A stretch of 64,000 bases of DNA from Thermomonas sp. (GCF_020850895.1 NZ_JADZDS010000010.1:15870-79869), one strand, 5' to 3'. Numbered from the stretch's first letter, positions 46,094 to 57,767 are shown. The notes: generated by a model not told the origin, from the letters alone. Numbers and translations: made by a program.

Positions 46094-47179
46094 TCAGTCG
46101 CGAAGTTCGCACACGCGGCAGTCCTGCAGGCGTTCGAGCACGGCTGCCGTCGCGGTCTGGGTGCCCACGGCGGTTCCCGCGGGAGCCAGATCGGCGGTGA
46201 AGACGCCATCGTCCAGTGCGTCGCTGACCGCCTGTTCCACGCACCGTGCTTCCGTCTCCAGCCCCAGTGAATGCCGCAGCAGCAGGGCGGCACTGAGGAT
46301 GGTGGCGTAGGGGTTGGCGATGCCGCGGCCTGCGATGTCGGGGGCGCTGCCGTGGATGGGCTCGTACAGCCCGGCCTTGCGTGCACCCAGCGATGCCGAG
46401 GGCAGCAGGCCCAGCGAGCCGGCCAGCATCGAGGCTTCATCGGTGAGGATGTCGCCGAACATGTTCTCGGTGACGATGACGTCGTAATCGCGTGGGCGTG
46501 CCAGCAGGTGCATCGCCATCGAATCGACCAGTTGATGCTCCAACCGCACATCGGGAAATTCGTCGTGCATCACCCGGGTGGTGACGTCACGCCACAGGCG
46601 CGAGGTTTCCAGCACATTGGCCTTGTCCACCGAGGTGAGTTTGCCGCTGCGTGCGCGCGCCAGCGCGGCGGCGTGGCGCACCACGCGTTCGACTTCGGTG
46701 ACGCTGTAGCGGCACAGGTCGGTGGCGTCATCCTCGCTGCGGGTCTTGTCGCCGAAGTAGATGCCACCGGTGAGCTCGCGCACGACCAGCACGTCCACGC
46801 CCTGCAACAGGTGCGGTTTGATCGGGGAAGCGCCCAGCGTGGCCGGATGGGGCTTGACCGGGCGCAGATTGGAAAACAGCCCCAGTGCCCTGCGGATGGC
46901 CAGCAAGCCTTGTTCTGGGCGCACCTTGGCATTGGGGTCCGACCATTTGGGGCCACCGACGGCGCCCAGCAGGACGGCGTCGGCGCGCTGGGCGGCGTGC
47001 AAGGTGGCGTCCGGCAACGGGGTGCCGGTGGCATCGATCGCGGCACCGCCGATCAATTGCGTCTCGAACCGGAAGTCGTGGCCGTAACGTTCGGCCACGC
47101 GTTGCAGCACGGAGACGGCGGCTGCCGTCACGTCCGGGCCGATGCCATCACCCGGCAAGACAAGAATATTGGCGTTCAT
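46094..47179 (-). CDS. leuB: 3-isopropylmalate dehydrogenase
   Basis: [26 protein letters not shown] and [12 protein letters not shown] motifs. Confidence 0.97.
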   Translation of the reverse strand: MNANILVLPGDGIGPDVTAAAVSVLQRVAERYGHDFRFETQLIGGAAIDATGTPLPDATLHAAQRADAVLLGAVGGPKWSDPNAKVRPEQGLLAIRRALGLFSNLRPVKPHPATLGASPIKPHLLQGVDVLVVRELTGGIYFGDKTRSEDDATDLCRYSVTEVERVVRHAAALARARSGKLTSVDKANVLETSRLWRDVTTRVMHDEFPDVRLEHQLVDSMAMHLLARPRDYDVIVTENMFGDILTDEASMLAGSLGLLPSASLGARKAGLYEPIHGSAPDIAGRGIANPYATILSAALLLRHSLGLETEARCVEQAVSDALDDGVFTADLAPAGTAVGTQTATAAVLERLQDCRVCELRD

Positions 47180-47199
47180 CAGTTTCTCGTGGTCAGGGA

Positions 47200-48738
47200 T
47201 CAGGCGAAGGCGGGGATGCGCTGCATGGCATGGCTGCGCAGCAGGCGGTTGGCAACATCCAGCCAGGCGATGGCGGAGGCTTCCAGCACGTCACGGCTGG
47301 TGCCCTGACCGCTGAAGGATTCGCCTCCGATCCGTGCGCTGAGATTGGCTTCGCCGCGGGCGTCACGGCCGGTGCCCATGCTGTGCACTTCGTAGCTCTC
47401 CAATTCGAAATCCACGCCTGTGGCCTTTGCCAGCGCCGCGAACAGGGCGGCGATCGGGCCGTCGCCCTGGGCATCCCGTTTGACGGTGTGGTTGTCTGGA
47501 TTGGACAGTGCCACGTGCGCACGGGTGTGCTGGCCTTCGTCGATCAGGCTCATCGAGTCGATTCGCCAGCCGGCGTCATCGGGGTTGCCGGTGACCAGCC
47601 GCAGCAGATCCGCATCACTGACCACATGCTGCGTATGGGTCAGGGCCTTGGCGTCCGCGATGAGTTGATCGAGTTTCGCGTCGTCCAGCACGAACCCCAA
47701 GGCGCGCAGGCGGTTGACCACGGCGGCGCGACCACTGTGGCGGCCAAGGACCAGTTGCGAATCCGGCCAGCCGACGTCGCGTGGGTGCATGATTTCGTAG
47801 GTGTCGCGGTTCTTCAGCATGCCATGCTGGTGGATGCCGGATTCGTGGGCGAAGGCATTCAGGCCGACGATGGCCTTGTTGCGCTGCACCTGGTTGCCGG
47901 TGATGCGCGACAGCAGGCGCGAGGTCTCCAGCAATTTCGGGGTGTCGATGCCGGTCTCGACGCCGAACCAGCCACCGCGCACCTTCAATGCCATGACCAA
48001 CTCTTCCAGCGCGGCATTGCCGGCGCGTTCGCCGATGCCGTTGATGGTGCATTCCACCTGGCGTGCACCGCCTTCGATGGCAGCCAGCGAGTTGGCGACG
48101 GCCAGACCCAGGTCGTTGTGGCAGTGGGCACTGAAGACCACACCGTCGGCGTCCTTGACGTTGGCGCGCAGGTACTGGAACAGCGCGCGGATTTCATCGG
48201 GGGTGGCGTAGCCGACGGTGTCGGGCACGTTCAGGGTGGTGGCGCCTGCCGCCACGGCGACGTTGAAGACCTCCACCAGAAACTCACGCTCGGTGCGGAA
48301 GGCGTCTTCGGCGGAGAACTCCACGTCATCGACATGCGTGCGTGCCAGGGTGACGCCCCGATGGGCGTGTTCGATCACCTGCTCGCGGCTCATGTTCAAC
48401 TTGAACCGGCGATGCAGCGGGCTGGTGGAGATGAATGCATGGATACGTGGCGACGCGGCCCCGTCCAGCGCGCGGGCGCAGGCTTCGATGTCGCCGGGGT
48501 GGCAGCGCGCCAATGCCGCGATGGTGGTGGCTCGCACCTCGCGGGCGATGGTCTGCACGGCGCGAAAATCCGCAGGCGAGCTGTTGGGGAAACCGGCCTC
48601 GATCACGTCCACGCCGAGGTCGGCCAGCGCGTGGGCAAAGGTGATTTTCTGCGCGCTGCTCATGGTGAAGCCGGGCGATTGCTCGCCGTCGCGCAAGCTG
48701 GTATCGAAGATGCGAACACGTGGGCCTGGAACGTTCAT
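47200..48738 (-). CDS. leuA: 2-isopropylmalate synthase
   Basis: [23 protein letters not shown] and HESGIHQ motifs; C-terminal regulatory domain. Confidence 0.97.
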   Translation of the reverse strand: MNVPGPRVRIFDTSLRDGEQSPGFTMSSAQKITFAHALADLGVDVIEAGFPNSSPADFRAVQTIAREVRATTIAALARCHPGDIEACARALDGAASPRIHAFISTSPLHRRFKLNMSREQVIEHAHRGVTLARTHVDDVEFSAEDAFRTEREFLVEVFNVAVAAGATTLNVPDTVGYATPDEIRALFQYLRANVKDADGVVFSAHCHNDLGLAVANSLAAIEGGARQVECTINGIGERAGNAALEELVMALKVRGGWFGVETGIDTPKLLETSRLLSRITGNQVQRNKAIVGLNAFAHESGIHQHGMLKNRDTYEIMHPRDVGWPDSQLVLGRHSGRAAVVNRLRALGFVLDDAKLDQLIADAKALTHTQHVVSDADLLRLVTGNPDDAGWRIDSMSLIDEGQHTRAHVALSNPDNHTVKRDAQGDGPIAALFAALAKATGVDFELESYEVHSMGTGRDARGEANLSARIGGESFSGQGTSRDVLEASAIAWLDVANRLLRSHAMQRIPAFA

Positions 48739-49841
48739 GCGGGGAGTTCTTCCTTGCGGTTGATGCGCGCCGTGCGCGGCATCGAATGGGTGGCTGTGGC
48801 GAGTGCAGGCAAGAGGCCGGCGGGCAGCGCGGTGTGCGTGGCCGCCGGCGGTGTAAGTCGGTCCTGCTTGCGCTGCCGTGGCTTGCGCGGCGGACGTGGG
48901 CGCACGTCCTGCAGCAAGGTGGCCAGCACGCTGGCATCCAGATTGCCGCCGGAGACCACGGCGCATTTGCGCTTGCCCACGACGCGCTTGCCGGCCGCCA
49001 GCGCCAGTGCCCCGGCGCCCTCGGCGATGACGTGTGCTTCCAGTGCCAAGCGCACCAAGGTTTCGCGCAATTCTGCTTCGCGCACGATCACGACATCGTC
49101 GAGCAATTCACCCAGCACCCGGCGGGTCAACTGGCCGGGGACCTTCACCTTCACGCCATCGGCCAGGGTGGTGACCGGCTCGATGATGCGGTCGTCACCA
49201 CGCAGGGCGCGCGCCATCGCATCCACGCCTTCGACCTGGGCGCCGACCACGCGCACACCCTGCGATTTCAACGCCAGCACCACGCCGGCCGCGAGGCCGC
49301 CACCGCCGATCGGCACGATCACCACGTCCGGCGACACGGCGCTTGCGATCTCCAGCCCCACCGTGCCTTGGCCGGCGATCACGTCGGGATCATCGAAGGC
49401 GGACAGCAGGCGGTAGTCGTGTTGGGCGGCGAGCTCGGCGGCGAAGGCCTTGGCTTCGTCGTAGCTTTCACCGTGCAAGCGCACGGTGGCGCCCCAATGG
49501 GCGACGCCGGCGATCTTGGTCTGTGGCGCGCAACGTGGCATCACGGTGATGGCCTGTCGGCCCAGCCGATAGGCTGCCCACGCCAGGCCCTGCGCATGGT
49601 TGCCGGCACTGGCAGCGATGGTGGGACGCAAGTCGCCTCGTTCGCGCGCCGCCAGCAGTGCATTCAGCGCGCCGCGCACCTTGTAGGAACCCGTGCGTTG
49701 CAGGTTCTCGAGCTTGAGCCAGCAACCGAACCGCTCGGCGTAGTGGGTGGGCGTGACATCGAGATACCGACGCAGGCGTGCCTGCGCGGCGAGGACGTCA
49801 CTGGCGGTGACGGTGGTTACGTCCGGGTCGGCGGTGTCCAT
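48735..49841 (-). CDS. ilvA: Threonine dehydratase, short form without ACT domains
   Basis: [31 protein letters not shown] and SGGN motifs. Confidence 0.88.
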   Translation of the reverse strand: MDTADPDVTTVTASDVLAAQARLRRYLDVTPTHYAERFGCWLKLENLQRTGSYKVRGALNALLAARERGDLRPTIAASAGNHAQGLAWAAYRLGRQAITVMPRCAPQTKIAGVAHWGATVRLHGESYDEAKAFAAELAAQHDYRLLSAFDDPDVIAGQGTVGLEIASAVSPDVVIVPIGGGGLAAGVVLALKSQGVRVVGAQVEGVDAMARALRGDDRIIEPVTTLADGVKVKVPGQLTRRVLGELLDDVVIVREAELRETLVRLALEAHVIAEGAGALALAAGKRVVGKRKCAVVSGGNLDASVLATLLQDVRPRPPRKPRQRKQDRLTPPAATHTALPAGLLPALATATHSMPRTARINRKEELPA

Positions 49842-50770
49842 CACACCGGCGTCAACCAATGGCGATACGTCGGATACTGTCCGCGCAGCACGCGCGCAAA
49901 CCGTGCCGACAGCGTGCGGGTCACCGGGTTGTCGCCATAGCGTTGACCTTCGATCTCGGCAATCGGGGCCACTTCCGCCGCAGTACCACAGACAAACACC
50001 TCGTCAGCCTCCAGCAGTTCGTCCAACATGACCGTGCGCGCTTCGGCGCCGCTCAGGGCCAGCAGTGCGTCGCGGGTGATGCCGGGCAGGGCATCCGGGT
50101 GTTCGACGGCGGTGATCTGTCCGGCCTTCACCATGAAGACATTGGCGCCCGTGCATTCGACCACGCGTCCACTCCGGTCGCAGAACAGGGCTTCGTCGAA
50201 GCCGCGCGCCTTGGCCTCGCGTTTGGCGAGGATGGAATTGACGTAGCCGCCGCACAGCTTGAGCGGCGGCAGCGAATCGCAGGGATTGCGCCGCCACGGC
50301 GAGACGCCGACGCGGGTACGCTGGCCATGCAGGTGCACGGTGCTGGCGGTGGTGGCCACCATGAGATGTGCCCGGTGCCCGGCCAAGTCCAGCCCGAAGC
50401 CGCCTTCGCCGGCCCAGGCCAAGGGCCGGATATAGGCGTCGCGATGGCGATTGGCACGCAGGGTCGCGAGCACGGCATTGGTGACCTGCGCCGGATCGAA
50501 GGGCAGGCCCAGCAACTGGGCGCCCTTGCGCATCCTCTCCAGGTGTTCGGGCAGGCGGAACACCGCCGCACCGCCATCCGTGGTGGCATAGGCGCGGATG
50601 CCTTCGAACACGCCGCTGCCGTAGTGCATGGCGTGGGTGTCCAGCCCCGCTTGCGCGGTATCCAGGCTCACCAATCGACCGTTGAACCAGGCCCAGCGAT
50701 CGTGCGTTTGGGTGTCGACGGGGGCGGCCTCGACGTCATCGGCAGGTGCCGCAGGCGTGTTCAGTTGCAT
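49841..50770 (-). CDS. ilvE: Branched-chain amino acid aminotransferase
   Basis: HYGSGVFEGIRAY, LPGITR and CGTAAE motifs. Confidence 0.92.
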   Translation of the reverse strand: MQLNTPAAPADDVEAAPVDTQTHDRWAWFNGRLVSLDTAQAGLDTHAMHYGSGVFEGIRAYATTDGGAAVFRLPEHLERMRKGAQLLGLPFDPAQVTNAVLATLRANRHRDAYIRPLAWAGEGGFGLDLAGHRAHLMVATTASTVHLHGQRTRVGVSPWRRNPCDSLPPLKLCGGYVNSILAKREAKARGFDEALFCDRSGRVVECTGANVFMVKAGQITAVEHPDALPGITRDALLALSGAEARTVMLDELLEADEVFVCGTAAEVAPIAEIEGQRYGDNPVTRTLSARFARVLRGQYPTYRHWLTPV

Positions 50771-50997
50771 GGGCGCACCTCGACGGCCAGGCAATCGACC
50801 AATTTGGCCAACTGCTGTTGCAGGAGCTCCGGCGCGCGCTCGCCCTGCATGGTCATGCGCAGGTGCCAGCGATCGCCATCCGGCTGGGCTTCGCCTTCCA
50901 CCGCCACGGGTTGGAAGCCGCGTCGTTCGGCCGCGCCAAGCACGCGGGTGAGGGCGCCTTCGACGAGGCGCAGGGTGAGGTCAAGCTGGTAGCGCAT
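50761..50997 (-). CDS. ilvM: Acetolactate synthase II small (ACT) subunit
   Basis: 78-aa ORF with LTRVLG..ERRGF and QLAKL; follows ilvG. Confidence 0.85.
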   Translation of the reverse strand: MRYQLDLTLRLVEGALTRVLGAAERRGFQPVAVEGEAQPDGDRWHLRMTMQGERAPELLQQQLAKLVDCLAVEVRPCN

Positions 50998-52696
50998 GGG
51001 CAGGTTCTCGCAAGGTTGGGTTGGAATCGAGCATCTGGGCGTTGTTGCGGTTGGGCGGCACCAGTGGCCAGACATTGGCGGCGGTGTCGATGGCGACGTG
51101 CAGCAACGCCGGGCCCTTGGCCGCGAGCAGCGCGGCGAGGGCCGAATCCATGTCCTCGGCGCGTTCGAGGTGCAGGGCTTCGATGCCGTAGGCCTGGGCG
51201 AGGGTGAGGAAATCCGGGTTGTCTCGCAGGTCGATTTCCGAATAACGCTGGTCGAAGAACAGCTCCTGCCATTGCCGCACCATGCCAAGGGCCTGGTTGT
51301 CCAACAGCACGATCTTCACCGGCAGGTTGTAGCGGCGCAGGGTGGCCAGTTCCTGGATGTTCATCTGGATCGAGCCGTCGCCGCTGACGCAGATCACCTG
51401 CGCGTCGGGGTTCTGCAGTTGCGCGCCGATCGCGGCCGGCAGGCCGAAGCCCATCGCCCCCAGAGATCCCGAGGTGAGGTGCTTGCGCGGATGATCGAAT
51501 TGCCAGTGCTGCGCCACCCACATCTGATGCTGGCCGACATCGCAGCTGACGATGGCGCTTGGCGCCAGTTCCGACAGCCGTTTCAGGAGTGCAGGGGCGT
51601 ACACCGCATTGCCCGGCGCGTCATAACGCGCGGCGTGCTGTTGCGCGCGTTGCCGGCATCGTGATCGCCAGTCCCTGCGCGCCGCCGCGTGGCGACCATG
51701 CACATGCGCCGCGCAAGGAAGGGTCAACGTGACCAGGGTCTTGCGCAGATCGCCGCGCACGCCGGCATCGGCCACCCGCAGCTTGCCGATCTCGCAGGCG
51801 TCCAGATCCATGTGGACGACGTGCGCATGCGGGGCGAACTCGGCCAGCTTGCCAGTGGCACGGTCATCGAACCGTGCGCCGACCACGATCAGCAGGTCGG
51901 CTTCCTGCACGGTCAGGTTGGCCGCACGCGAGCCGTGCATGCCCAGCATGCCCAGGTTCAGCGGGTGCGTGCCGGGCAGGGCGCCCAGGCCTTTCAGGGT
52001 CAGCACCGTCGGGATCTGGGTGGCATCGACGAAGGTGCGGAAATCCGCCACTGCATCCCCCAGCGCGATGCCGCCGCCACCGTAGATCACCGGTCGCTGC
52101 GCGATTGCCATGAGCGCCAGCGCTTCATGCAGCGAGGCATCCCTGGGGACTTCCACGGCATCGGTGGGCTGCGGCGCATGGGCGGGCAGGTGCGAGGCAT
52201 CGGCGTTCTGCACGTCCTTCGGCAGGTCGATCAGAACCGGCCCCGGGCGGCCGCTGCGGGCAATGCGGAAGGCTTCACCCACGATCCGCGGCAGCTCGTC
52301 GACATCGCGCACGATGTAGCTGTGCTTGACCATCGGGAAACTCATGCCGAACACGTCCAGTTCCTGGAAGGCGTCGGTGCCCATCAGCGGCGTGGCCACC
52401 TGCCCGGTGATCGCCACCATCGGCACCGAATCCACCAGCGCATCGGCGATGCCGGTAAACAGGTTGGTGGCACCGGGGCCGGAGGTGGCCACGCACACGC
52501 CGACGCGCCCGCTGGCACGCGCATAGCCGTTGGCGGCGAAGGCTGCGCCCTGTTCGTGGCGGACCAGCACATGCTTGAGCTGGGGCACGTCGTGCAGGGC
52601 ATCGTAGAACGGCATGATCGCGCCGCCCGGATACCCGAACAGCGTATCGACGCCTTCGACGACCAAGGCGTGCGCCAGCCAGTGGGCACCGTTCAT
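50981..52696 (-). CDS. ilvG: Acetolactate synthase II large subunit
   Basis: FGYPGGAIMP, RHEQG, DVGQHQMW and GDGS motifs. Confidence 0.93.
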   Translation of the reverse strand: MNGAHWLAHALVVEGVDTLFGYPGGAIMPFYDALHDVPQLKHVLVRHEQGAAFAANGYARASGRVGVCVATSGPGATNLFTGIADALVDSVPMVAITGQVATPLMGTDAFQELDVFGMSFPMVKHSYIVRDVDELPRIVGEAFRIARSGRPGPVLIDLPKDVQNADASHLPAHAPQPTDAVEVPRDASLHEALALMAIAQRPVIYGGGGIALGDAVADFRTFVDATQIPTVLTLKGLGALPGTHPLNLGMLGMHGSRAANLTVQEADLLIVVGARFDDRATGKLAEFAPHAHVVHMDLDACEIGKLRVADAGVRGDLRKTLVTLTLPCAAHVHGRHAAARRDWRSRCRQRAQQHAARYDAPGNAVYAPALLKRLSELAPSAIVSCDVGQHQMWVAQHWQFDHPRKHLTSGSLGAMGFGLPAAIGAQLQNPDAQVICVSGDGSIQMNIQELATLRRYNLPVKIVLLDNQALGMVRQWQELFFDQRYSEIDLRDNPDFLTLAQAYGIEALHLERAEDMDSALAALLAAKGPALLHVAIDTAANVWPLVPPNRNNAQMLDSNPTLREPAHALPA

Positions 52697-53691
52697 CACG
52701 CGGCCTCGCTGTGTTTGGATGTATTGGCGGCCTGCGACGTGCCCAGCCATTTCATGTTGGCGCGCAGCTTCTTGCCGATGGTTTCGATCGGGTGGTCCAG
52801 GTCGGCCTGTTTCATTGCCTTGTAGTGGGCGTTGCCGGCGGCGTATTCGGCGATCCACTGGCGGGCGAAGGTGCCGTCCTGGATCTCGGCCAGGACTTTG
52901 CGCATCTGCGCGCGGGTGTTGTCATCCACCACGTAGTTGCCGCGCGTCAGTGCGCCGTATTGCGCGGTCTCGCTGATGAATTCGTGCATGCGAGTCACGC
53001 CGCCTTCGTAGAACAGATCCACGATCAGCTTCAGTTCGTGCAGGCATTCGTAGTAGGCCACCTCCGGCTGGTAGCCGGCTTCGACCAGGGTTTCCCAGCC
53101 GGCCTGCACCAGCTTGGTGGCACCGCCGCACAGCACCGCCTGTTCGCCGAACAGATCGGTTTCGGTCTCTTCCTTGAACGTGGTCCTGATCGCGTTCTGG
53201 CGGGCCCCACCAATGGCGGCGCAGTAGGTCAGGGCCAGTTGCTCGGCCTTGCCGGACACGTCCTGGTGCACGGCATACACCGAAGGCACGCCACGGCCGA
53301 TCTCGTATTCGCGGCGCACCAGCGCGCCCGGGCCCTTGGGCGCCACCAGCACCACGTCGAGATCGGCACGCGGGCTGATCTGGCCGTAGTGGACGTTGAA
53401 ACCGTGCGCGAACAGCAGGCAGGCGCCTTGGTCCATGTTCGGCTCGATCACCTCGCCATACAGCTGCGGCTGGACCATGTCGGGGGTCAGCACGGCGACG
53501 ATCTGCGCGCCTTTGACCGCTTCGGCAGGTGTCTTGACGGTGAAGCCATCGGCCTTGGCCTTGCGTTCGGTGGGACCACCCGGTCGCAGGCCGATGGTGA
53601 CGGCGAAGCCGGAATCGCGCAGGTTGAGTGCGTGCGCGCGACCCTGGCTGCCGTAGCCGACGAGGGTGATGGTAGGTGTGCTGTTGGTCAT
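52696..53691 (-). CDS. ilvC: Ketol-acid reductoisomerase
   Basis: GYGSQG, APKGPG and ETDLFGEQ motifs. Confidence 0.97.
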   Translation of the reverse strand: MTNSTPTITLVGYGSQGRAHALNLRDSGFAVTIGLRPGGPTERKAKADGFTVKTPAEAVKGAQIVAVLTPDMVQPQLYGEVIEPNMDQGACLLFAHGFNVHYGQISPRADLDVVLVAPKGPGALVRREYEIGRGVPSVYAVHQDVSGKAEQLALTYCAAIGGARQNAIRTTFKEETETDLFGEQAVLCGGATKLVQAGWETLVEAGYQPEVAYYECLHELKLIVDLFYEGGVTRMHEFISETAQYGALTRGNYVVDDNTRAQMRKVLAEIQDGTFARQWIAEYAAGNAHYKAMKQADLDHPIETIGKKLRANMKWLGTSQAANTSKHSEAA

Positions 53692-53727
53692 TGCGGGAGT
53701 TCCTTGGTTGGGCTGGTTTTCGGAGGG

Positions 53728-53767
53728 GAAAAACGAAAAACCCCGCACCTTTCGATGCGGGGTTTCG
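53728..53767 (-). terminator. Attenuator terminator of the ilvC operon
   Basis: Minus strand gaaaccccgcatc-gaaa-ggtgcggggtttttcgttttt. Confidence 0.9.
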
Positions 53768-53793
53768 AGATTCTGGCGTTGAACTTTTGCGAC

Positions 53794-53910
53794 TTACACG
53801 CCGGATCGACCCGCACCTGTGGGCGAGGTAATGAGTACGAGTACGAGCACGCGCGCCGCCGGATCGGCGGTCGCGGAAGTTGTGGGCAGGGGCATGTGGC
53901 GCTGCAACAT
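53794..53910 (-). CDS. ilvL: ilv operon leader peptide
   Basis: MLQRHMPLPTTSATADPAARVLVLVLITSPTGAGRSGV* with VLVLVLI control codons just before the terminator; alternative start 53895. Confidence 0.85.
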   Translation of the reverse strand: MLQRHMPLPTTSATADPAARVLVLVLITSPTGAGRSGV

Positions 53911-54071
53911 ATTTACAGGGGAACATGCCATGATCGGGTTTGTCAACTGTTTTTTTCGCGGGCCTCCTCAGCCCCGAGGTCACTGTTCTTCGAATCGCTG
54001 AAAGCAAGCAGGATCAAGGCTTGCAGCGATCCTTCCACCATTCGCCACCGTATCCACAAGGCGCGCTCACG

Positions 54072-55910
54072 ATGCCCGACTACCGCTCGAAGACTTCCAC
54101 CCATGGCCGCAACATGGCCGGCGCCCGCGCGCTCTGGCGCGCCACCGGCATGACGGATTCCGACTTCCACAAGCCCATCATCGCGATTGCCAATTCCTTC
54201 ACCCAATTCGTGCCCGGGCATGTGCACCTGAAGGACATGGGGCAGTTGGTCGCGCGCGAAATCGAGCGCGTCGGTGGCGTGGCCAAGGAGTTCAACACGA
54301 TTGCGGTGGACGACGGCATCGCCATGGGCCACGACGGCATGTTGTATTCGCTGCCCAGCCGCGAACTGATCGCCGACGCGGTGGAATACATGGTCAATGC
54401 GCACTGCGCCGACGCGCTGGTGTGCATCTCCAATTGCGACAAGATCACCCCCGGCATGCTGATGGCGGCGCTGCGCTTGAACATCCCGGTGGTGTTCGTG
54501 TCCGGTGGGCCGATGGAGGCCGGCAAGACCGCGCTGTCACCGCGCAAGCTCGACCTGGTCGATGCCATCGTGCAGGCCACCGATGCCAGCGTCAGCGATG
54601 CCCAGCTGGATGCGGTGGAGCGCAGCGCCTGCCCGACCTGCGGCTCGTGCAGTGGCATGTTCACCGCCAATTCGATGAATTGCCTGACCGAAGCATTGGG
54701 CCTGTCCTTGCCCGGCAACGGCACTACGCTGGCCACCCACGCCGACCGCGAAGCCTTGTTCAAGCAGGCCGGGGTGACCGCGGTGGAGCTGTGCCATCGC
54801 TGGTATGGCGCCGGTGATGCCAGTGCGTTGCCGCGTGGCATCGCCACCTTCGAAGCCTTTGAAAACGCGATGATGCTGGATATCGCCATGGGCGGTTCCA
54901 CCAACACCATCCTGCATCTGCTGGCCGCCGCGCAGGAAGCAGGCGTGGACTTCACCCTGCGTGACATCGACCGGCTGTCGCGCAAGGTTCCGCAGTTGTG
55001 CAAGGTGGCACCCAACAGCGAGACGTACCACATCGAAGACGTGCATCGCGCTGGCGGGATCATGGCGATCCTCGGCGAGTTGGCGCGCGGCGGATTGCTG
55101 CATGCCGGAACCGCGACCGTGCATGCAAAGACGCTGGGTGAAGCCATCGCGCGCTGGGACATCACCCAGACCATCGATGCCAAGGTGCACGAGTTCTACA
55201 AGGCCGGGCCCGCCGGCATCCCCACCCAAGTGGCTTTCAGCCAGGCCACGCGCTGGCCGTCGCTGGATACCGACCGCGCCGCGGGCTGCGTCCGCGACAT
55301 GGCGCACGCCTATTCGCAGGAAGGTGGATTGGCGGTGCTGTACGGCAATCTCGCCGAGGATGGCTGCGTGGTGAAAACCGCCGGCGTGGATGCATCCATC
55401 CATGTGTTCGAAGGTCGGGCGCGGGTGTACGAAAGCCAGGACGCGGCGGTGGCAGGAATCCTGGGTGATGAAGTGCAGGCCGGCGATGTGGTGGTGATCC
55501 GCTACGAAGGCCCCAAGGGTGGGCCGGGGATGCAGGAGATGCTGTATCCCACCAGTTACCTGAAATCCAAAGGCCTGGGCAAGGCCTGCGCGCTGCTGAC
55601 GGATGGGCGTTTTTCCGGCGGCACGTCGGGACTGTCGATCGGGCACGCATCGCCGGAGGCGGCGGCCGGCGGAGCGATTGGCTTGGTACAGGACGGTGAC
55701 CGCATCCGCATTGATATCCCGCAGCGTTCCATCGAGCTGCTGGTGGCCGATGACGTGCTCGCCGCACGTCGCCTCGCCCAGGACGCGCAAGGCTGGAAGC
55801 CCGCGCGGCCGCGGGCGCGCAGGGTGAGTGCAGCACTCAAGGCCTATGCCCTGCTGGCCACCAGCGCCGACAAGGGCGCAGTGCGGAATCTGGCGCTGTT
55901 GGAGCCGTGA
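54072..55910 (+). CDS. ilvD: Dihydroxy-acid dehydratase
   Basis: [29 protein letters not shown] and TDGRFSG motifs. Confidence 0.98.
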   Translation: MPDYRSKTSTHGRNMAGARALWRATGMTDSDFHKPIIAIANSFTQFVPGHVHLKDMGQLVAREIERVGGVAKEFNTIAVDDGIAMGHDGMLYSLPSRELIADAVEYMVNAHCADALVCISNCDKITPGMLMAALRLNIPVVFVSGGPMEAGKTALSPRKLDLVDAIVQATDASVSDAQLDAVERSACPTCGSCSGMFTANSMNCLTEALGLSLPGNGTTLATHADREALFKQAGVTAVELCHRWYGAGDASALPRGIATFEAFENAMMLDIAMGGSTNTILHLLAAAQEAGVDFTLRDIDRLSRKVPQLCKVAPNSETYHIEDVHRAGGIMAILGELARGGLLHAGTATVHAKTLGEAIARWDITQTIDAKVHEFYKAGPAGIPTQVAFSQATRWPSLDTDRAAGCVRDMAHAYSQEGGLAVLYGNLAEDGCVVKTAGVDASIHVFEGRARVYESQDAAVAGILGDEVQAGDVVVIRYEGPKGGPGMQEMLYPTSYLKSKGLGKACALLTDGRFSGGTSGLSIGHASPEAAAGGAIGLVQDGDRIRIDIPQRSIELLVADDVLAARRLAQDAQGWKPARPRARRVSAALKAYALLATSADKGAVRNLALLEP

Positions 55911-55949
55911 TGGAAGGGCGTGCAGAATTCCGTGTCAACGGAGCAGCCC

Positions 55950-56651
55950 TCAGCGCCGCAGTGCGGCATCAAGGTCCGCCAGCCGCTGCGGCGTGCCGAC
56001 GTCGGTCCAGCGGCCTCGGTGGTGCTGGCCGCTGACGGCGCCACGCGCCATCGCCGCGCGCAGCAGTGGCGCGAGCTTGAAGCGGGGTGGCGTTTCGTCG
56101 GCTCCCGGTGCGGCCGCAATCATGTTGCGCCAGTTGTCGAGTAGCCCGTGCCGATACACGCCGATGCCTGCGAAGGTCAGTCGATGTGCGCCGTCCGACT
56201 GCACGCTGCCATCTCCTGCAAGTGCGAAATCGCCACTTGGGTTGTGTTCCGGGTTGTCCACCAGCACCAGATGCGCATCGCCCTGCGGTTCACGGGGCAA
56301 GCTGGTGTAGTCGAGATTGCTCCAGATATCGCCGTTGACGGCGATGAAGGGCGCATCGCCGAGCAGATGGCGTGCGTGCCACATGCCGCCGCCGGTTTCC
56401 AGCGGTCGGGGACCTTCGTGGGAATAGTGGATGTGCAGACCCCAGCGCGTGCCATCGCCCAGCACGTCCGGGAATTGCTCGGCAAGCCACGAGGTGTTGA
56501 TGACGACGTGTTCGACGCCGAGGGCTGCGAACTTGTCCAGGTGCCAGACGATCAGCGGCTTGCCGGCCACGCGCAGCAAGGGCTTCGGTGTGGTGTCGGT
56601 CAGCGGCCGCATCCGCTCGCCGAGGCCGGCGGCGAAGATCAGCGCGTTCAT
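55950..56651 (-). CDS. murU: MurNAc alpha-1-phosphate uridylyltransferase
   Basis: AAGLGERMRPLT..PKPL, LETGGG and WTDVGT motifs; coupled to amgK. Confidence 0.92.
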   Translation of the reverse strand: MNALIFAAGLGERMRPLTDTTPKPLLRVAGKPLIVWHLDKFAALGVEHVVINTSWLAEQFPDVLGDGTRWGLHIHYSHEGPRPLETGGGMWHARHLLGDAPFIAVNGDIWSNLDYTSLPREPQGDAHLVLVDNPEHNPSGDFALAGDGSVQSDGAHRLTFAGIGVYRHGLLDNWRNMIAAAPGADETPPRFKLAPLLRAAMARGAVSGQHHRGRWTDVGTPQRLADLDAALRR

Positions 56652-57670
56652 GCGCCGCTGCCGGGCTTCATGCGGGAATAGGTCGGCAGCACGCGGGTGT
56701 TGATCAGGTGTGCCAGACCGGCCAGCTCCGGGTAGCGCGGCATCACCGCAGCGAGATAGCCGAAGAAACGCGACACGTCGCCGAGGTAATGCAACTTGCC
56801 GTCACGATGGTACAGGCGGGCGAAGATGCCGATGACCTTGAGGTGGCGCTGCACGCCAATCAGGTCGGCATCGCGACGGAAGCGTGCGTGATCGGGCACC
56901 GGCAGGCCGCAGGCCTCGGCACGTGCGTGGTAGTGGTCCAGCCATTCCCCGACCTGCGCCTCGGGCCAACTCAGGAAGGCGTCCTTGTAGAGGCTGACGA
57001 CGTCATAGGCGATCGGCCCGCGCACCGCGTCCTGGAAATCCAGCACCGCCGGCCCGCCCTTCACCGGCATCAGGTTGCGCGGCATGAAGTCGCGATGCAC
57101 CAGGACTTGCGGTTGCGCCAGCGCGGATTCGATCAGGAAGCGGTAGCAGGCCTCCAGCGTGTCGCGTTCGGACGGCGTCAGCGCCAGTCCGAGGTGGCGA
57201 CCGCAGAACCAATCGTCGAACAGACGCAATTCGCGCGCCAGCATGGCGGCGTCGTAGGTCGGCAGGTCGGCGGGAGGCGGGATTTGCTGCAGGTTGAGCA
57301 ATTGGTCCAGCGCGGCGTCGAACATCTCATCGGCGTTGCCGCTGTTGACGGTCTGCAGGTAGGTCCAGGGCCCGAGGTCTTCCAGCAACAGGAAGCCGGC
57401 CTCGACATCGCGTGCCAGCACCTGCGGCACCCGCACATCGCCGGCCTCCAGCAGGTCACGCAGGCGCAACCACGGGCGTACGTCTTCCTTGTCCGTTGGC
57501 GAATCCATCACGATCCGCGCCACCCCGCTGCCGGAGCTGCGCCAGTAACTGCGGAAGCCGGCATCGGTGGATGCGCGGTCAAGGCTGGCCTGCGGGTCGT
57601 CGAGCGCGGCACGGGCCCAGGCCAGGCGCTGTGCGGCGCGTGGATCGTCGATTTCGGGAATGGCGGTCAT
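56648..57670 (-). CDS. amgK: Anomeric MurNAc/GlcNAc kinase
   Basis: DAGFRSYWR, HRDFMPRNL, DFQDA and QRHLK motifs. Confidence 0.9.
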   Translation of the reverse strand: MTAIPEIDDPRAAQRLAWARAALDDPQASLDRASTDAGFRSYWRSSGSGVARIVMDSPTDKEDVRPWLRLRDLLEAGDVRVPQVLARDVEAGFLLLEDLGPWTYLQTVNSGNADEMFDAALDQLLNLQQIPPPADLPTYDAAMLARELRLFDDWFCGRHLGLALTPSERDTLEACYRFLIESALAQPQVLVHRDFMPRNLMPVKGGPAVLDFQDAVRGPIAYDVVSLYKDAFLSWPEAQVGEWLDHYHARAEACGLPVPDHARFRRDADLIGVQRHLKVIGIFARLYHRDGKLHYLGDVSRFFGYLAAVMPRYPELAGLAHLINTRVLPTYSRMKPGSGA

Positions 57671-57767
57671 CCCCACAGGGTAAACTCCCACCCTGCATTC
57701 AGCGAGTCCTGTGGAAAGGGCTGAACAACGCCATTCAGTCGTTGTCAGCCCACGCCGAGCCCGGTCA

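Noticed and set aside
55911..55949. Chromosomal integron next to ilvD as in Xanthomonas
   Set aside because: ilvD is followed 39 nt later by murU; no intI, attI or attC seen
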